NCBI GenBank assembly: GCA_016872645.1
Contig: VGZH01000017.1
Coordinates: forward strand, 4,626 to 68,625
Direction of reading: 5' to 3'
Length of the DNA stretch: 64,000 nucleotides
Source: Planctomycetota bacterium
GTDB lineage: Bacteria > Planctomycetota > Planctomycetia > Planctomycetales > Planctomycetaceae
Positions 10,645 to 20,224 of this stretch are shown in pieces. How positions within the stretch are numbered: the first letter of the stretch is position 1; the number at the start of each line of letters is the position of its first letter. Made by a program: the position numbers and the translations under genes. The notes below the pieces were generated by a model. It was not told the DNA's origin. It did no database searches and saw nothing but the letters and a program-made list of their open reading frames with translations.

Positions 10645-11406
10645 ATGTTGAGAACTGCAAATCCCGCCTTGAACTCTTCGACATTTGAATCGTTCGACAC
10701 ATTCTCGGTCGGACAGTCAACCACGATGACTCTGCAAGGCACGGCAACTAAGACCGGCATGTTGCTGGTGTTGCTCGCCGCTTCAGCTGGATACTCGTGG
10801 ATCGAATTGCGAGGCGCGGGTGGCATTCAAGCAGTGATGCCGCACTTTATTGGCGGTTTGGTGGTCTCGCTGATTGCTGCCATCACACTCTGGTTCAAAC
10901 GCGCTTGGGCAGCGATCCTCGCTCCCGTTTACGCCGTTGCGGAAGGCTTGGTGTTGGGTGTGATCTCGGCCGCCTACGAGATTCAGTTTCCGGGCGAAGG
11001 CCTGGTTTTTCAAGCTGTGTGCCTGACGTTTGGTACCCTGTTCAGTCTGCTGACTCTGTACCGCACCGGTCTCATCAAGCCGACCGAGAACTTCAAACTT
11101 GGCCTCTTCGCCGCCACTGGCGCGGTCGCGCTGCTGTATCTCGTTAACTTGATCATGTCGCTCTGCGGAGTGGGCGGCCTTGGTTTCCTCCACAACTCCA
11201 GTTGGCTCTCGATCGGTATCAGCGGAGTGATCGTCATCATCGCCGCGCTAAACCTGGTGCTCGACTTCGACTTTATCGAAGAAGGAGTCAAGCATGGAGC
11301 CCCGAAATACATGGAGTGGTACGCCGGCTACGGCCTGTTGGTCACACTGGTCTGGCTGTACTTGGAAATTCTGCGGCTGCTCTCGAAACTCAATAGCCGC
11401 GACTAG
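10645..11406 (+). CDS. Bax inhibitor-1/YccA-like integral membrane protein (COG4760-like)
   Basis: The N-terminus MLRTANPALNSSTFESF is characteristic of this family. Multiple TM helices follow. ATG 10645 is preceded by aaaaggag. Confidence 0.75.
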   Translation: MLRTANPALNSSTFESFDTFSVGQSTTMTLQGTATKTGMLLVLLAASAGYSWIELRGAGGIQAVMPHFIGGLVVSLIAAITLWFKRAWAAILAPVYAVAEGLVLGVISAAYEIQFPGEGLVFQAVCLTFGTLFSLLTLYRTGLIKPTENFKLGLFAATGAVALLYLVNLIMSLCGVGGLGFLHNSSWLSIGISGVIVIIAALNLVLDFDFIEEGVKHGAPKYMEWYAGYGLLVTLVWLYLEILRLLSKLNSRD

Positions 11407-11440
11407 CCGGTGGACGCGGCGCGGACGCTAAAAATCACGC

Positions 11441-11471
11441 AGCCCGGTCTTCTTCAAGGCCGGGCTTTTTT
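11441..11471 (+). terminator. Rho-independent terminator
   Basis: 11-bp stem agcccggtctt / aaggccgggct with a 4-nt loop cttc, followed by a T6 run. It lies 35 nt after the stop of the upstream gene. Confidence 0.8.
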
Positions 11472-11488
11472 CATCCAGGAGTCCGAAC

Positions 11489-14400
11489 ATGATTCGTCTC
11501 CGGTGGCCATTCGTGGCGATGGTGTTGCTCGGCTTCTCAATGCTCTCCGCCGCCGAGCCACTTCCGCGCATTCCGCCCAAAGAGCCGGTCGAAGCTCTGA
11601 AGTCGTTCATCATTCGCGATGGTTTCGAGATGCAGTTGCTGGCTACAGAACCGCTTGTCGCCTCGCCCGTCGCGATGGAGTACGACGAGAACGGCCGTGC
11701 CTACGTCGCCGAGATGCGCGACTATCCCTACACCGACAAGGCCAGCGACAAACCGTTCGTCGAACGTACGAAGGACGAACCGCTGGGCCGCATCCGTTTG
11801 CTCGAAGACTCCGATGGCGATGGCCGCTTCGACAAGAGCACAATTTTCGCCGAGGGACTCTCGTGGCCGACGGGCCTCGCATTGTGGAAGGGAGGCGTGT
11901 ACGTCGTCGCGACGCCAGACTTGTGGTACTTGAAAGACACCGACGGTGACGGCAGGGCGGACGAGCGTCGCAAAGTGCTGACTGGCTTTCGCAAGTTCAA
12001 CGTGCAGGCGGTCATCAACAATTTGAAGTGGGGACTTGACGGAAAAATCTATGGGGCGGGTTCCTCCAATGGCGGTCAGATTCGACGCGGCGACACTCCC
12101 GACGCGAAGTCGATCGCGATGACGACCGCCGACTTTCGCTTCGACCCGCGCGACGAGGCCGGATCGTTCGAGTTACTCTCCGGCGGAGCACGTTTCGGCA
12201 ATTCGTTCGACGACTGGGGGAACCGCTTCATCTGCAATATCCGCAATCCGATTCAGCACGTCGTCCTGCCAAGACATTACCTCGCCCGCAACCCGCATCT
12301 CGCGTCGCGCTCACCGCTCAACGACGTCGCTGAATCGGGGGACACCGTTCCTGTCTTTCGCCGCAGTCCGCCAGAGCCGTGGCGCGTGATGAACGCTCGC
12401 CGTCTGGCTAACGACGCCACGCTGGCCTCGCCACGCAGCGAAAGCGTCGCGGCCGGCTACATGACTTCCGCCGCCGGACTGACCGTCTATCGCGGCTCGG
12501 CCTATCCGAAAGAGCTGTACGGCACGATCTTCCTCGGCGAAGTCGCCGGCAACTTGATCCACCATCAAGTGCTCAAACCCGACAGCGTGACGTTCAAGTC
12601 ATCACGATCCGAAGAAGGTAAAGAATTTCTGACCTCGACCGACAACTGGTTCCGCCCAGTCAACTTCGTCAACGCTCCCGACGGCACGCTGCACGTCATC
12701 GACATGTACCGCGAGACGATCGAGCACCCGTGGTCGATCCCCGACGACATCAAAGCCCAGCTCGACCTTGAAAGCGGCCGCGACCGAGGCCGCATCTATC
12801 GGCTGGCACCGGTTGGCACTAAGCCGTCCGCTCCGCCGAAGATTAGCAATGCGACGACGCGCGAACTCATCGGAATGTTGAAGCATCCGAACTGTTGGTG
12901 GCGAGAAACCGCGCATCGTTTACTGCTCGAACGGCAAGATCGGGAGGCCGTAAACGAGTTGCGAGGATTGTTGTTTTGCCCAGATCGATTTCCAAGAACA
13001 GAGCAGCTTCATGCACTAAATTTGCTTTCGTCGATGGATGCCTTGTCAGATTCAGATGTACTCAGCGCCATGAACCGTGGAATCCGTACGCCGGGCCTTC
13101 TCGAACACGCGGTCAGATTGTCCGAACCTCGACTTGCCGCACAACCCGAACTGCTCGACACAGTCCTGAGGACTGCCCAAGACGATTCGATTCGTGTGCG
13201 TTTGCAAGTCGCTTTCTCGCTCGGCGCGGTCGTGCGTGATTCCGAAGGCCGGGTCCGAGAGCCGGTCGTGACCGCCCTCGCGAGCATTGCCGATCGCGAT
13301 GCCGCAGACGACTGGCTGCGAACCGCCGTGCTCAGTTCGAGCGGCGAAATTTTGCCGCATTTGTTCGCCGAATTGATTCGACAGCCGCGCTTCGGCGAGT
13401 CCGCGCCGCAGCGGCAACTGGCTCGACTGATCAGCGTGATGATTGGCAGCCGCGCGCAAGCCGATGAACTTTCGGCGTTCTTCGTCGCCGTTGAAACTTG
13501 GGCAACATCCGTTCGAAAGGAGTCGTCGTTCGTCGAGGAGGTCACGTCGGGACTCGGCGAGGGATTGAAACGATCCGGAAAGGCACTGTCTGCCGAGCTG
13601 TCGGCTTCGAAGTCGGCCGGCGCGCGACGAATGCTCAAGCGGCTGGAGAATTCGCTCGCGACGTTGAAGAGCAACGACACGCCGTTGACCGATCGGCAAA
13701 CGGCCGTGCCACTGCTGGCGTTCCTCGATTTCGAGCGTGCTCGTGAAACGCTGATCGCCCTATTGCAGCCGCGACAGCCGGCCGAGTTGCAAGCCGCCGC
13801 AGTCCGCGCTCTCGCCGAACATCGGCACGAGACCGTTCCCAAAATCTTGTTGTCGGCCTATCGGCAGCTTGGCGCAGCCGCGCGCGCCGAAGCGGTCGAA
13901 GCGTTGCTGTCTCGACCCGATTGGCATGTCGCGTTGCTGGACGCCATCGACGCGAACACGATCAAACCGTCCGAGATTCCGCACGTCCGCCGCAACGCTT
14001 TGGTCCGCAGCGCGAATGCCGCCGTGAAGGAGCGCTCTGTCGCAAAGTTTCGATCGCTGATCGAGTCGCGGCAGAAAGTGGTCGACAAGTATCGTGACGC
14101 ACTGCCGAATCTGAAGTCTGACTTTACGAAGGGCGAGGCGATCTTCCGCCGCGAATGCCAAGCCTGTCACCGAGTCAACAATATCGGCACTGAGATTGGT
14201 CCTAGCCTCGCCACGATCCGCCATCGTGCTCCCGAAGAAGTCCTGCTGCACATCCTCGACCCGAACCGCGAAGTCGGTCCGAACTTCGTGGCCTACGCCG
14301 TGGAACTCAACGACGGCCGAGTCCTCACTGGCCTGATCGTCGAGGACACGGCCTCAAGCATCACGCTCATTCGCGCTACGGGGACCCGCGAAACAATCCT

Positions 14401-14521
14401 GCGTTCCAACATCGAAGAAATCGCCGCCACCGGCCAATCCCTGATGCCTCCCGGCCTGGAAGACCGAGTCACCCCGCAAGAGATGGCCGACCTGCTAGCA
14501 TTTTTGCTGCCCACCAAGTGA
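11489..14521 (+). CDS. PVC-type heme-binding CxxCH protein (membrane-bound dehydrogenase-like domain, HEAT-like repeats, C-terminal cytochrome c)
   Basis: Signal peptide. The N-terminal FIIRDGFEMQLLATEPLVASPVAMEYDENGRAYVAEMRDYP region is typical of this family. A long helical-repeat middle follows. The C-terminus carries CQACHRV and LMPPGL. Confidence 0.85.
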   Translation: MIRLRWPFVAMVLLGFSMLSAAEPLPRIPPKEPVEALKSFIIRDGFEMQLLATEPLVASPVAMEYDENGRAYVAEMRDYPYTDKASDKPFVERTKDEPLGRIRLLEDSDGDGRFDKSTIFAEGLSWPTGLALWKGGVYVVATPDLWYLKDTDGDGRADERRKVLTGFRKFNVQAVINNLKWGLDGKIYGAGSSNGGQIRRGDTPDAKSIAMTTADFRFDPRDEAGSFELLSGGARFGNSFDDWGNRFICNIRNPIQHVVLPRHYLARNPHLASRSPLNDVAESGDTVPVFRRSPPEPWRVMNARRLANDATLASPRSESVAAGYMTSAAGLTVYRGSAYPKELYGTIFLGEVAGNLIHHQVLKPDSVTFKSSRSEEGKEFLTSTDNWFRPVNFVNAPDGTLHVIDMYRETIEHPWSIPDDIKAQLDLESGRDRGRIYRLAPVGTKPSAPPKISNATTRELIGMLKHPNCWWRETAHRLLLERQDREAVNELRGLLFCPDRFPRTEQLHALNLLSSMDALSDSDVLSAMNRGIRTPGLLEHAVRLSEPRLAAQPELLDTVLRTAQDDSIRVRLQVAFSLGAVVRDSEGRVREPVVTALASIADRDAADDWLRTAVLSSSGEILPHLFAELIRQPRFGESAPQRQLARLISVMIGSRAQADELSAFFVAVETWATSVRKESSFVEEVTSGLGEGLKRSGKALSAELSASKSAGARRMLKRLENSLATLKSNDTPLTDRQTAVPLLAFLDFERARETLIALLQPRQPAELQAAAVRALAEHRHETVPKILLSAYRQLGAAARAEAVEALLSRPDWHVALLDAIDANTIKPSEIPHVRRNALVRSANAAVKERSVAKFRSLIESRQKVVDKYRDALPNLKSDFTKGEAIFRRECQACHRVNNIGTEIGPSLATIRHRAPEEVLLHILDPNREVGPNFVAYAVELNDGRVLTGLIVEDTASSITLIRATGTRETILRSNIEEIAATGQSLMPPGLEDRVTPQEMADLLAFLLPTK

Positions 14522-15856
14522 TCAGGACAGACTCAAAACGCCCGTACTGTCACCCAAGCGGTCCAGGTCGACCTCCATGCGATTGAGCATCGAGACCCAG
14601 AGGTTGTTGAGTGGCGTTTCCTTCGGAAAGACGATGTGGCGGCCTTGCTGGAAGGTGCCGCAGCCGCCGCCGGCCAGAACGATCGGGAGGTTGTCGTGGT
14701 TGTGGGCATTGCCGTCGGAGTTGCCGCTGCCGTAGGCGATCATGCTGTGGTCCAGCAGCGTCCCGTCTCCCTCTTTGATCGAGTCCAGCTTTTGCAGAAG
14801 GTATGCAAGCTGCGTCGTGTGGAACGTGTTGATGTCGCGAATCTTTTCCATCTTGGCTTTGTCGTTGCCGTGGTGCGAGAGGTCGTGATGTCCCTCCGGC
14901 ACGTTGATGAACGGGTACGGCTTGTTGCTTCCTTCGTTAGCCAGCACGAACGTGCAGACGCGCGTGCTGTCGGTTTGAAACGCCAAGACCAGCAGGTCGC
15001 ACATCAGGCGAATGTGCTCTTGGAAGTCGCCGGGAATGCCGGTCGGCTTCGGGCTTTCGGGAGTCTTGGCGGGGGTCAGCTTCGCCGCCCGTTCGATGCG
15101 CAGTTCGATGTCACGCACCGAACTGAAATACTCGTCGAGCTTGCGCACGTCGTTGACTCCCAGCTTGCCGCTGAGGTCTTTCGAGTCTTCACGCACGAAG
15201 TCAAGCACGCTCTTGCGACGAGCATCGCGTTTGATGCGATCCGCGTCAGGCACTGAACTGAAAAGTCGCTCGAAGACCAGCTTCGGATTGACTTCTTTCG
15301 GCAGCGGTTGCGTTGCCGATCGCCATGACATCGTGGACGAGTACACGCACGAGTACCCTGAATCGCAGTTGCCGGCCATCGCGCCCGCTTCGGTGCCGAT
15401 TTCGAGAGACGGCAAGCGTGTCTTGTCGCCAATGCGTGCCGCTGCGACTTGATCGGCCGACGTGCCGGTTTTGATGTCCGTGCCGTCCGTCTTGCGCGGC
15501 TGAGCACCAGTGAGAAACGCTCCGAGCGCCCGTGCGTGATCTCCGCCTCCATCGCCATGCGCCCGCGCCTTGTCGGCGGTCAATCCAGTCAGTATCGAAA
15601 ACTTCGACCGTACCGCTTCGAGTGGTTTCAAGATGTGTGGCAGTTCATAGCTCGTCCCTTCGCTGGCCGGCGTCCAGTCGGCCATGTTCTTGCCGTTGGG
15701 GACGTACAAAAACGCCATGCGATTCGGAGCGGCTTGTTCCGGCTTCGTGGCCCCATCGGCCCAGGCAGTCAGTGGCCCCATCGCTTCCAACCAGGGAAGG
15801 GCAATTCCTGCTCCGAGTCCTCGAAGCACTGTTCGGCGGGAGAGTTCAAGTGGCAT
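14522..15856 (-). CDS. DUF1552 domain protein with a Tat-type signal
   Basis: N-terminus RRTVLRGLGAGIALPWLEAM. HHDLSHHGND motif. Sits immediately downstream of a DUF1592-type gene, the canonical pairing. Confidence 0.85.
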   Translation of the reverse strand: MPLELSRRTVLRGLGAGIALPWLEAMGPLTAWADGATKPEQAAPNRMAFLYVPNGKNMADWTPASEGTSYELPHILKPLEAVRSKFSILTGLTADKARAHGDGGGDHARALGAFLTGAQPRKTDGTDIKTGTSADQVAAARIGDKTRLPSLEIGTEAGAMAGNCDSGYSCVYSSTMSWRSATQPLPKEVNPKLVFERLFSSVPDADRIKRDARRKSVLDFVREDSKDLSGKLGVNDVRKLDEYFSSVRDIELRIERAAKLTPAKTPESPKPTGIPGDFQEHIRLMCDLLVLAFQTDSTRVCTFVLANEGSNKPYPFINVPEGHHDLSHHGNDKAKMEKIRDINTFHTTQLAYLLQKLDSIKEGDGTLLDHSMIAYGSGNSDGNAHNHDNLPIVLAGGGCGTFQQGRHIVFPKETPLNNLWVSMLNRMEVDLDRLGDSTGVLSLS

Positions 15857-15892
15857 GATCGATTCCTTCGGTGGGAGGGAGGGCAGATTTTA

Positions 15893-15965
15893 CTACAGAG
15901 ATACAGAGGCCACAAAGTTTGGAAAGCAAAGTCTCTCTCTGTGTCTTCTGTGTCCTCTGTGGTGA
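15893..15965. repeat. Dispersed imperfect inverted-repeat element, family 2 (ACAGAGATACAGAGG ... CCTCTGTGGTGAA)
   Basis: The arms acagagatacagagg and tgtcttctgtgtcctctgt are imperfect reverse complements. The end motifs are shared with the copy at 61154-61212. Confidence 0.5.
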
Positions 15966-15976
15966 ATGGTCTTCAA

Positions 15977-18400
15977 TCATTCGTCGGTAAACTTTCCGCG
16001 GCGCATTCGGAACGGTTGGCTCTTCACTGTTTCGACGATAAGGGTTGAGAACCGATAGCCGTTTTGCCCCAGAGCAGTCGCGATCTGATCCACGGCTGGC
16101 CGATCATAATACTCCAGCCCGCGGCCGAGGGCATACGTGAGCAACTTCTCGGCGATACACCGGGTGAACAGATTCTGCCGCGTCTTCAAGATTTCCTTGA
16201 GTTCAGTTGGCCCCGCGATTTTCTCACCGGTCGGCAGTTCGCCGGACGGGTCGATAGGAAACTCGCCGTCCTTTTCGCGAAAGCGGCCGATAGCGTCGAA
16301 GTTCTCGAACGCGAAACCGAGCGGGTCCATGCGAGCATGACAGTTCGCACAGCTGGGGTTGGCTCGATGTTGTTCCATGCGTTGCCGCAACGAGCCGGTC
16401 AGCTTCTCGCCTTGTTCGAGCTCCGGAACGTTCGGCGGCGGCGGCGGTGGCGGCGTTCCGAGCAGTTGTTCGAGCACCCAACGCCCCCGTTTGACTGGTG
16501 AAGTCCGCGTCGGGTTCGACGTGACTGTGAGCAAGCTGGCTTGGGTGAGCAATCCACCACGCGCGGTTCCGGACACATTGACTCGGACAAACTCGGGGCC
16601 GCGAATCGGTTGACCTTTGTCTTTTGCCGGCTTCTGGCCGGCGAGGTTGCCGTTCGTATCAGCGATGCCGTAATGCTTTGCGAGCGGTTCGTTCAGGAAG
16701 GTGAAGTCCGAAGCCAACAGGTCGAGCAGGCTGCGATCTTCCTTCACGATCGTTTCAAGAAACATCCGCGTTTCGTCGCGCATCGCTCGGCGAAGCGACT
16801 CGTTGAAATCAGGGAACAGCTTCGCGTCAGGGGCGAACGTGTCGAGCCGTTTGAGCTGCAGCCACTGCATGGCAAACTGATCGACGAGCGAAGTAGAGGC
16901 TCGCGGGTCCTTCAACATCCGAAGAACTTGCGGTTCGAGGTTCTTCGACAGCTCGCCGCGCCGAGCCAGGTCAAACAATTCGTCGTCGGGCATCGTGTTC
17001 CACAGGAAGTAGGATAGTCGCGAGGCGAGATGAAACTCGTCGATGGGCCGCGGCTCCGGGCTGTCGGGGCGGTCGTCGAGTTCGACTCGAAACAGGAACT
17101 TCGGCGAACAGAGGACCGCTTGCACGACCCACTGCATTGCGGCCTCCCACTTCTCGCCACCGGCGACAAGCTGATCAACCATCTTGCACATCGACTCCGT
17201 TTCCTGCGGCGAAGCGGTACGGCGGTACGTTCGCGATAGTAACCGCGTGACGACCTCGCGCGTCTGTTCGGCCTGCGGCTTATCCTTCGCACACGCGAGC
17301 AGCATCAGATGCGACGCCGGACGAGTTTCGAGCGGCCCTTCGGTCCAGATGTGCTCGATGAAAAGCTGCGGCGGCTCCTCCCCTTCAGGCGGCTTCACAA
17401 CGGCGACGCCGGCTCGCTGAATGTCGCCGCGACGCTTGATCGGGAATTCAATCTGCTGAACGCTCTTCGCGTCGCGAGCGGTGATCTCAAACACGTTCAA
17501 AATTCGCAGCGGCTTGAAACCCTTGAGTGCCGCCCCCATCAGTTGATCGACTTCCGCATCCGGCGACGGATCGGTCAGCTTGCCGCCGGAGATAAACAGC
17601 GCGACCTTCACCGGCGCGGAGCCTTTCGTTTCGGCGTACATGTTCGCTCGCAGAATCAGGTCGGCATCCGCAGAGAATTTGAGATACCCGCCGTCCGCCG
17701 TGAACGGCCCTGATTCCACCGGAGCTTCCGCCGTCGGGTTCAGCGGACGGAATCGTCCCTGCGGTGTCTGTGCGTTGTTCGGTTGCAGGAACCGACCCGC
17801 CAAGTAGCGACGCGCCGGCGACGGCGGATTCGGCAGGATGACTCGTTGAGCGATCGTCTCCGCGGCAGCAAGATATTGTTCCATCAAAATCGGAGAGAGA
17901 GTCAGCACGTCACCGATGTTGTCAAAGCCGTGGCCGATGTCGTCGGTGGGAAAATCGGCAGCCGGATTGAAGTCCGCGCCGACGAGATCGCGCACCGTGT
18001 TCGCATACTCGACGCGATTGAGCCGCCGCATCGTGACACGGCCAGGATCGGGTTTCGCGTTCTTGTCGTGATGCTCGAAGACAGCCCGCGCGAGTCCGGC
18101 GAACGCTTCGATTTCTTGTGCGGTTGGCTGCGGCTTGTTGTCCGGCGGCATCTCGCTCGCCTCGACCATCTTCAGCACCGACTCCCACGTCTTCCGCTTC
18201 TTGACAACCGAGGCGTTGTCGACGAACGCCGCCAGCGATAGTTCAGCCTTCGGCTTGTCCCCGCTGTGGCATTCAAGGCAGTACTTTTTGAGAAACGGGA
18301 CTCCCGTCTTGCTGAAATCGGGTAGTGTGTCCTGCGACCGGCTGGCGGTCGGAACAAGCAGCATGAAACCGCACAAGAGACATGGCATCAGTCGGTTCAT
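15977..18400 (-). CDS. DUF1592/DUF1595/DUF1587/DUF1588/DUF1585-type protein with an N-terminal cytochrome c motif
   Basis: Signal peptide. CLECHSG near the N-terminus. CANCHARMDPLGFAFENFDAIGRFR near the C-terminus. The poly-Pro stretch GTPPPPPPPN is also present. Confidence 0.85.
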   Translation of the reverse strand: MNRLMPCLLCGFMLLVPTASRSQDTLPDFSKTGVPFLKKYCLECHSGDKPKAELSLAAFVDNASVVKKRKTWESVLKMVEASEMPPDNKPQPTAQEIEAFAGLARAVFEHHDKNAKPDPGRVTMRRLNRVEYANTVRDLVGADFNPAADFPTDDIGHGFDNIGDVLTLSPILMEQYLAAAETIAQRVILPNPPSPARRYLAGRFLQPNNAQTPQGRFRPLNPTAEAPVESGPFTADGGYLKFSADADLILRANMYAETKGSAPVKVALFISGGKLTDPSPDAEVDQLMGAALKGFKPLRILNVFEITARDAKSVQQIEFPIKRRGDIQRAGVAVVKPPEGEEPPQLFIEHIWTEGPLETRPASHLMLLACAKDKPQAEQTREVVTRLLSRTYRRTASPQETESMCKMVDQLVAGGEKWEAAMQWVVQAVLCSPKFLFRVELDDRPDSPEPRPIDEFHLASRLSYFLWNTMPDDELFDLARRGELSKNLEPQVLRMLKDPRASTSLVDQFAMQWLQLKRLDTFAPDAKLFPDFNESLRRAMRDETRMFLETIVKEDRSLLDLLASDFTFLNEPLAKHYGIADTNGNLAGQKPAKDKGQPIRGPEFVRVNVSGTARGGLLTQASLLTVTSNPTRTSPVKRGRWVLEQLLGTPPPPPPPNVPELEQGEKLTGSLRQRMEQHRANPSCANCHARMDPLGFAFENFDAIGRFREKDGEFPIDPSGELPTGEKIAGPTELKEILKTRQNLFTRCIAEKLLTYALGRGLEYYDRPAVDQIATALGQNGYRFSTLIVETVKSQPFRMRRGKFTDE

Positions 18401-18586
18401 GGGAAGTCACTCAGGCTTGAAGGAAGGCAGGAGGTCGGTGGGCAAAGCGAGGCAAGGAGCGTATCGTCGTCGCCGAGACGTCCGAATTTCAAGCGCGAAT
18501 TGGGTGACCACGAGGACACAATGGCACAAAGTTGAGGCCCTTCGTGTCTTTGTGCCTTCGAGGTTCAATTCGTCAGGAGTTGTTTC

Positions 18587-19381
18587 ATGCTTCAATACCG
18601 CGTCTGGGATTTACACTGCCATCTGCTTGGCATCGTCGGTCGCACACCAGAAGAGAAGATGGCCAACCTGCTGGAAATTGCTGATCGGCACGGCATCGAG
18701 AGACTTTGTCTGTTCTTCAGCCGCACATGGTCAAAGACGCCGACACCAGAGGAACTCAAGGCCGACAACGACTTCATCATGCAAGCGATGTCACACTGGG
18801 CCAATCGGACACACGGCTTCTGCTACGTCAGCGGCGAGCATGTCGACTTCAGCCTCTCCGAGATGGATCGTTGCATCCAAAACGGGCCGATGGTCGGCAT
18901 CAAACTGTGGGTCGCGAAGCGAGCGAACGAACGCGACCTCGACGCGATCATTCGCAAAGCGAGTGAACTCAAAGCGGTCATCTTCCAGCACACTTGGTTC
19001 AAACAAGACGGCACGCAGTACCCCGGCGAATCGACGCCGCTAGATTTAGTCGAACTGGCGAAACGGCATCCGCAGACGCATTTCATTTGCGGGCACGCCG
19101 GCGGCCAATGGGAAATGGGCATCCGTGCGATTCGAGCCTTCAAGAACATTTCCATTGAACTCGCCGGCTCCGACCCGACTGCCGGCTTCACCGAAATGGC
19201 CGTGCGCGAACTCGGACACGAGCGCATCATCTACGGCAGCGATAGCGCAGGGCGAAGCTTCGCCTCACAACTGGCAAAGGTTTACGGAGCGGACATCTCC
19301 GAGGAAGCCAAGCGCATGATCTTTTCAGAAAACCTTCGGCGGCTGATCGAGCAACCGTTGAAATTAAAGAAGACAAGGTGA
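18587..19381 (+). CDS. Amidohydrolase-family metal-dependent hydrolase
   Basis: The WDLHCHL N-terminal metal-binding motif, a later CGHAGG, and a YGSDS tail fit the TIM-barrel amidohydrolase pattern. Confidence 0.7.
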   Translation: MLQYRVWDLHCHLLGIVGRTPEEKMANLLEIADRHGIERLCLFFSRTWSKTPTPEELKADNDFIMQAMSHWANRTHGFCYVSGEHVDFSLSEMDRCIQNGPMVGIKLWVAKRANERDLDAIIRKASELKAVIFQHTWFKQDGTQYPGESTPLDLVELAKRHPQTHFICGHAGGQWEMGIRAIRAFKNISIELAGSDPTAGFTEMAVRELGHERIIYGSDSAGRSFASQLAKVYGADISEEAKRMIFSENLRRLIEQPLKLKKTR

Positions 19382-19447
19382 AAGAGTGACACGGTGAGTT
19401 GGCAATCGGCACTTCTCATCTCGTCTTCAACAACCGGGATTTCTGCG

Positions 19448-20224
19448 ATGACGATCGACACCAACATCAACCTCGAGCGCTGGCCGTTTCGGCGATTGAG
19501 CCTCGAGGAGACGAGCAAGCTCGTCGCCAAGCTTAAGGCGAGCGGAGTGACGCAGGCATGGGCCGGCAGTTTCGATGGTCTGTTGCATCGAGACATCGCC
19601 GCTGTGAATCAGCGGCTGGCAGATGCTTGCCGGCAGTTCGCCGATTTGTTGCGGCCGTTCGGGACGGTCAATCCCGTATTGCCCGACTGGCACGAAGACC
19701 TGCGGCGTTGTCACGAAGTGCACAAGATGCCGGGCCTGCGTTTGCATCCAAACTTCCATGGCTACACGCTCGACGATCCACGATTCGCCGAACTGTTGTC
19801 GCTCGCGACGGATCGCGGATTGATTGTGCAACTCGCGCTGGCAATGGAGGACGAGCGGACTCAGCACGCTCTGCATCGCGTGCCGCACGTCGATCCGAAG
19901 CCTTTGGCCGGAGTCGTCGCGAAGCTGCCGAAGTTGCGGCTTGTGCTGTTGAATGCATTTCGTTCGTTGTCGTTACTGCAATGCGGAGAGGTCGCAAAGG
20001 CCGGGCAGGTCTGGTTCGACATCGCGATGCTCGAAAGTGTGGCCGGAGTTACGAAGCTAATCGAAAAGGTTTCGCCGGAGCGGGTGCTTTTCGGTTCGCA
20101 CTCACCGCTGTTCTATTTTGAGTCGGCGGAGTTGAAGCTGGTCGAGAGCGGCTTGCCGGAGGCGGTGTTGCAACAGATTCGCATCGGGAACGCGATGAAA
20201 CTCTTGGCGGTCAGTTCCGACTGA
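19448..20224 (+). CDS. Amidohydrolase-family protein, paralogous neighbour of the preceding gene
   Basis: MTIDTNINLERWPFRR... with LHPNFHGY and a LFGSHSPLFYFE tail. I prefer ATG 19448 to GTG 19394. Confidence 0.65.
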   Translation: MTIDTNINLERWPFRRLSLEETSKLVAKLKASGVTQAWAGSFDGLLHRDIAAVNQRLADACRQFADLLRPFGTVNPVLPDWHEDLRRCHEVHKMPGLRLHPNFHGYTLDDPRFAELLSLATDRGLIVQLALAMEDERTQHALHRVPHVDPKPLAGVVAKLPKLRLVLLNAFRSLSLLQCGEVAKAGQVWFDIAMLESVAGVTKLIEKVSPERVLFGSHSPLFYFESAELKLVESGLPEAVLQQIRIGNAMKLLAVSSD

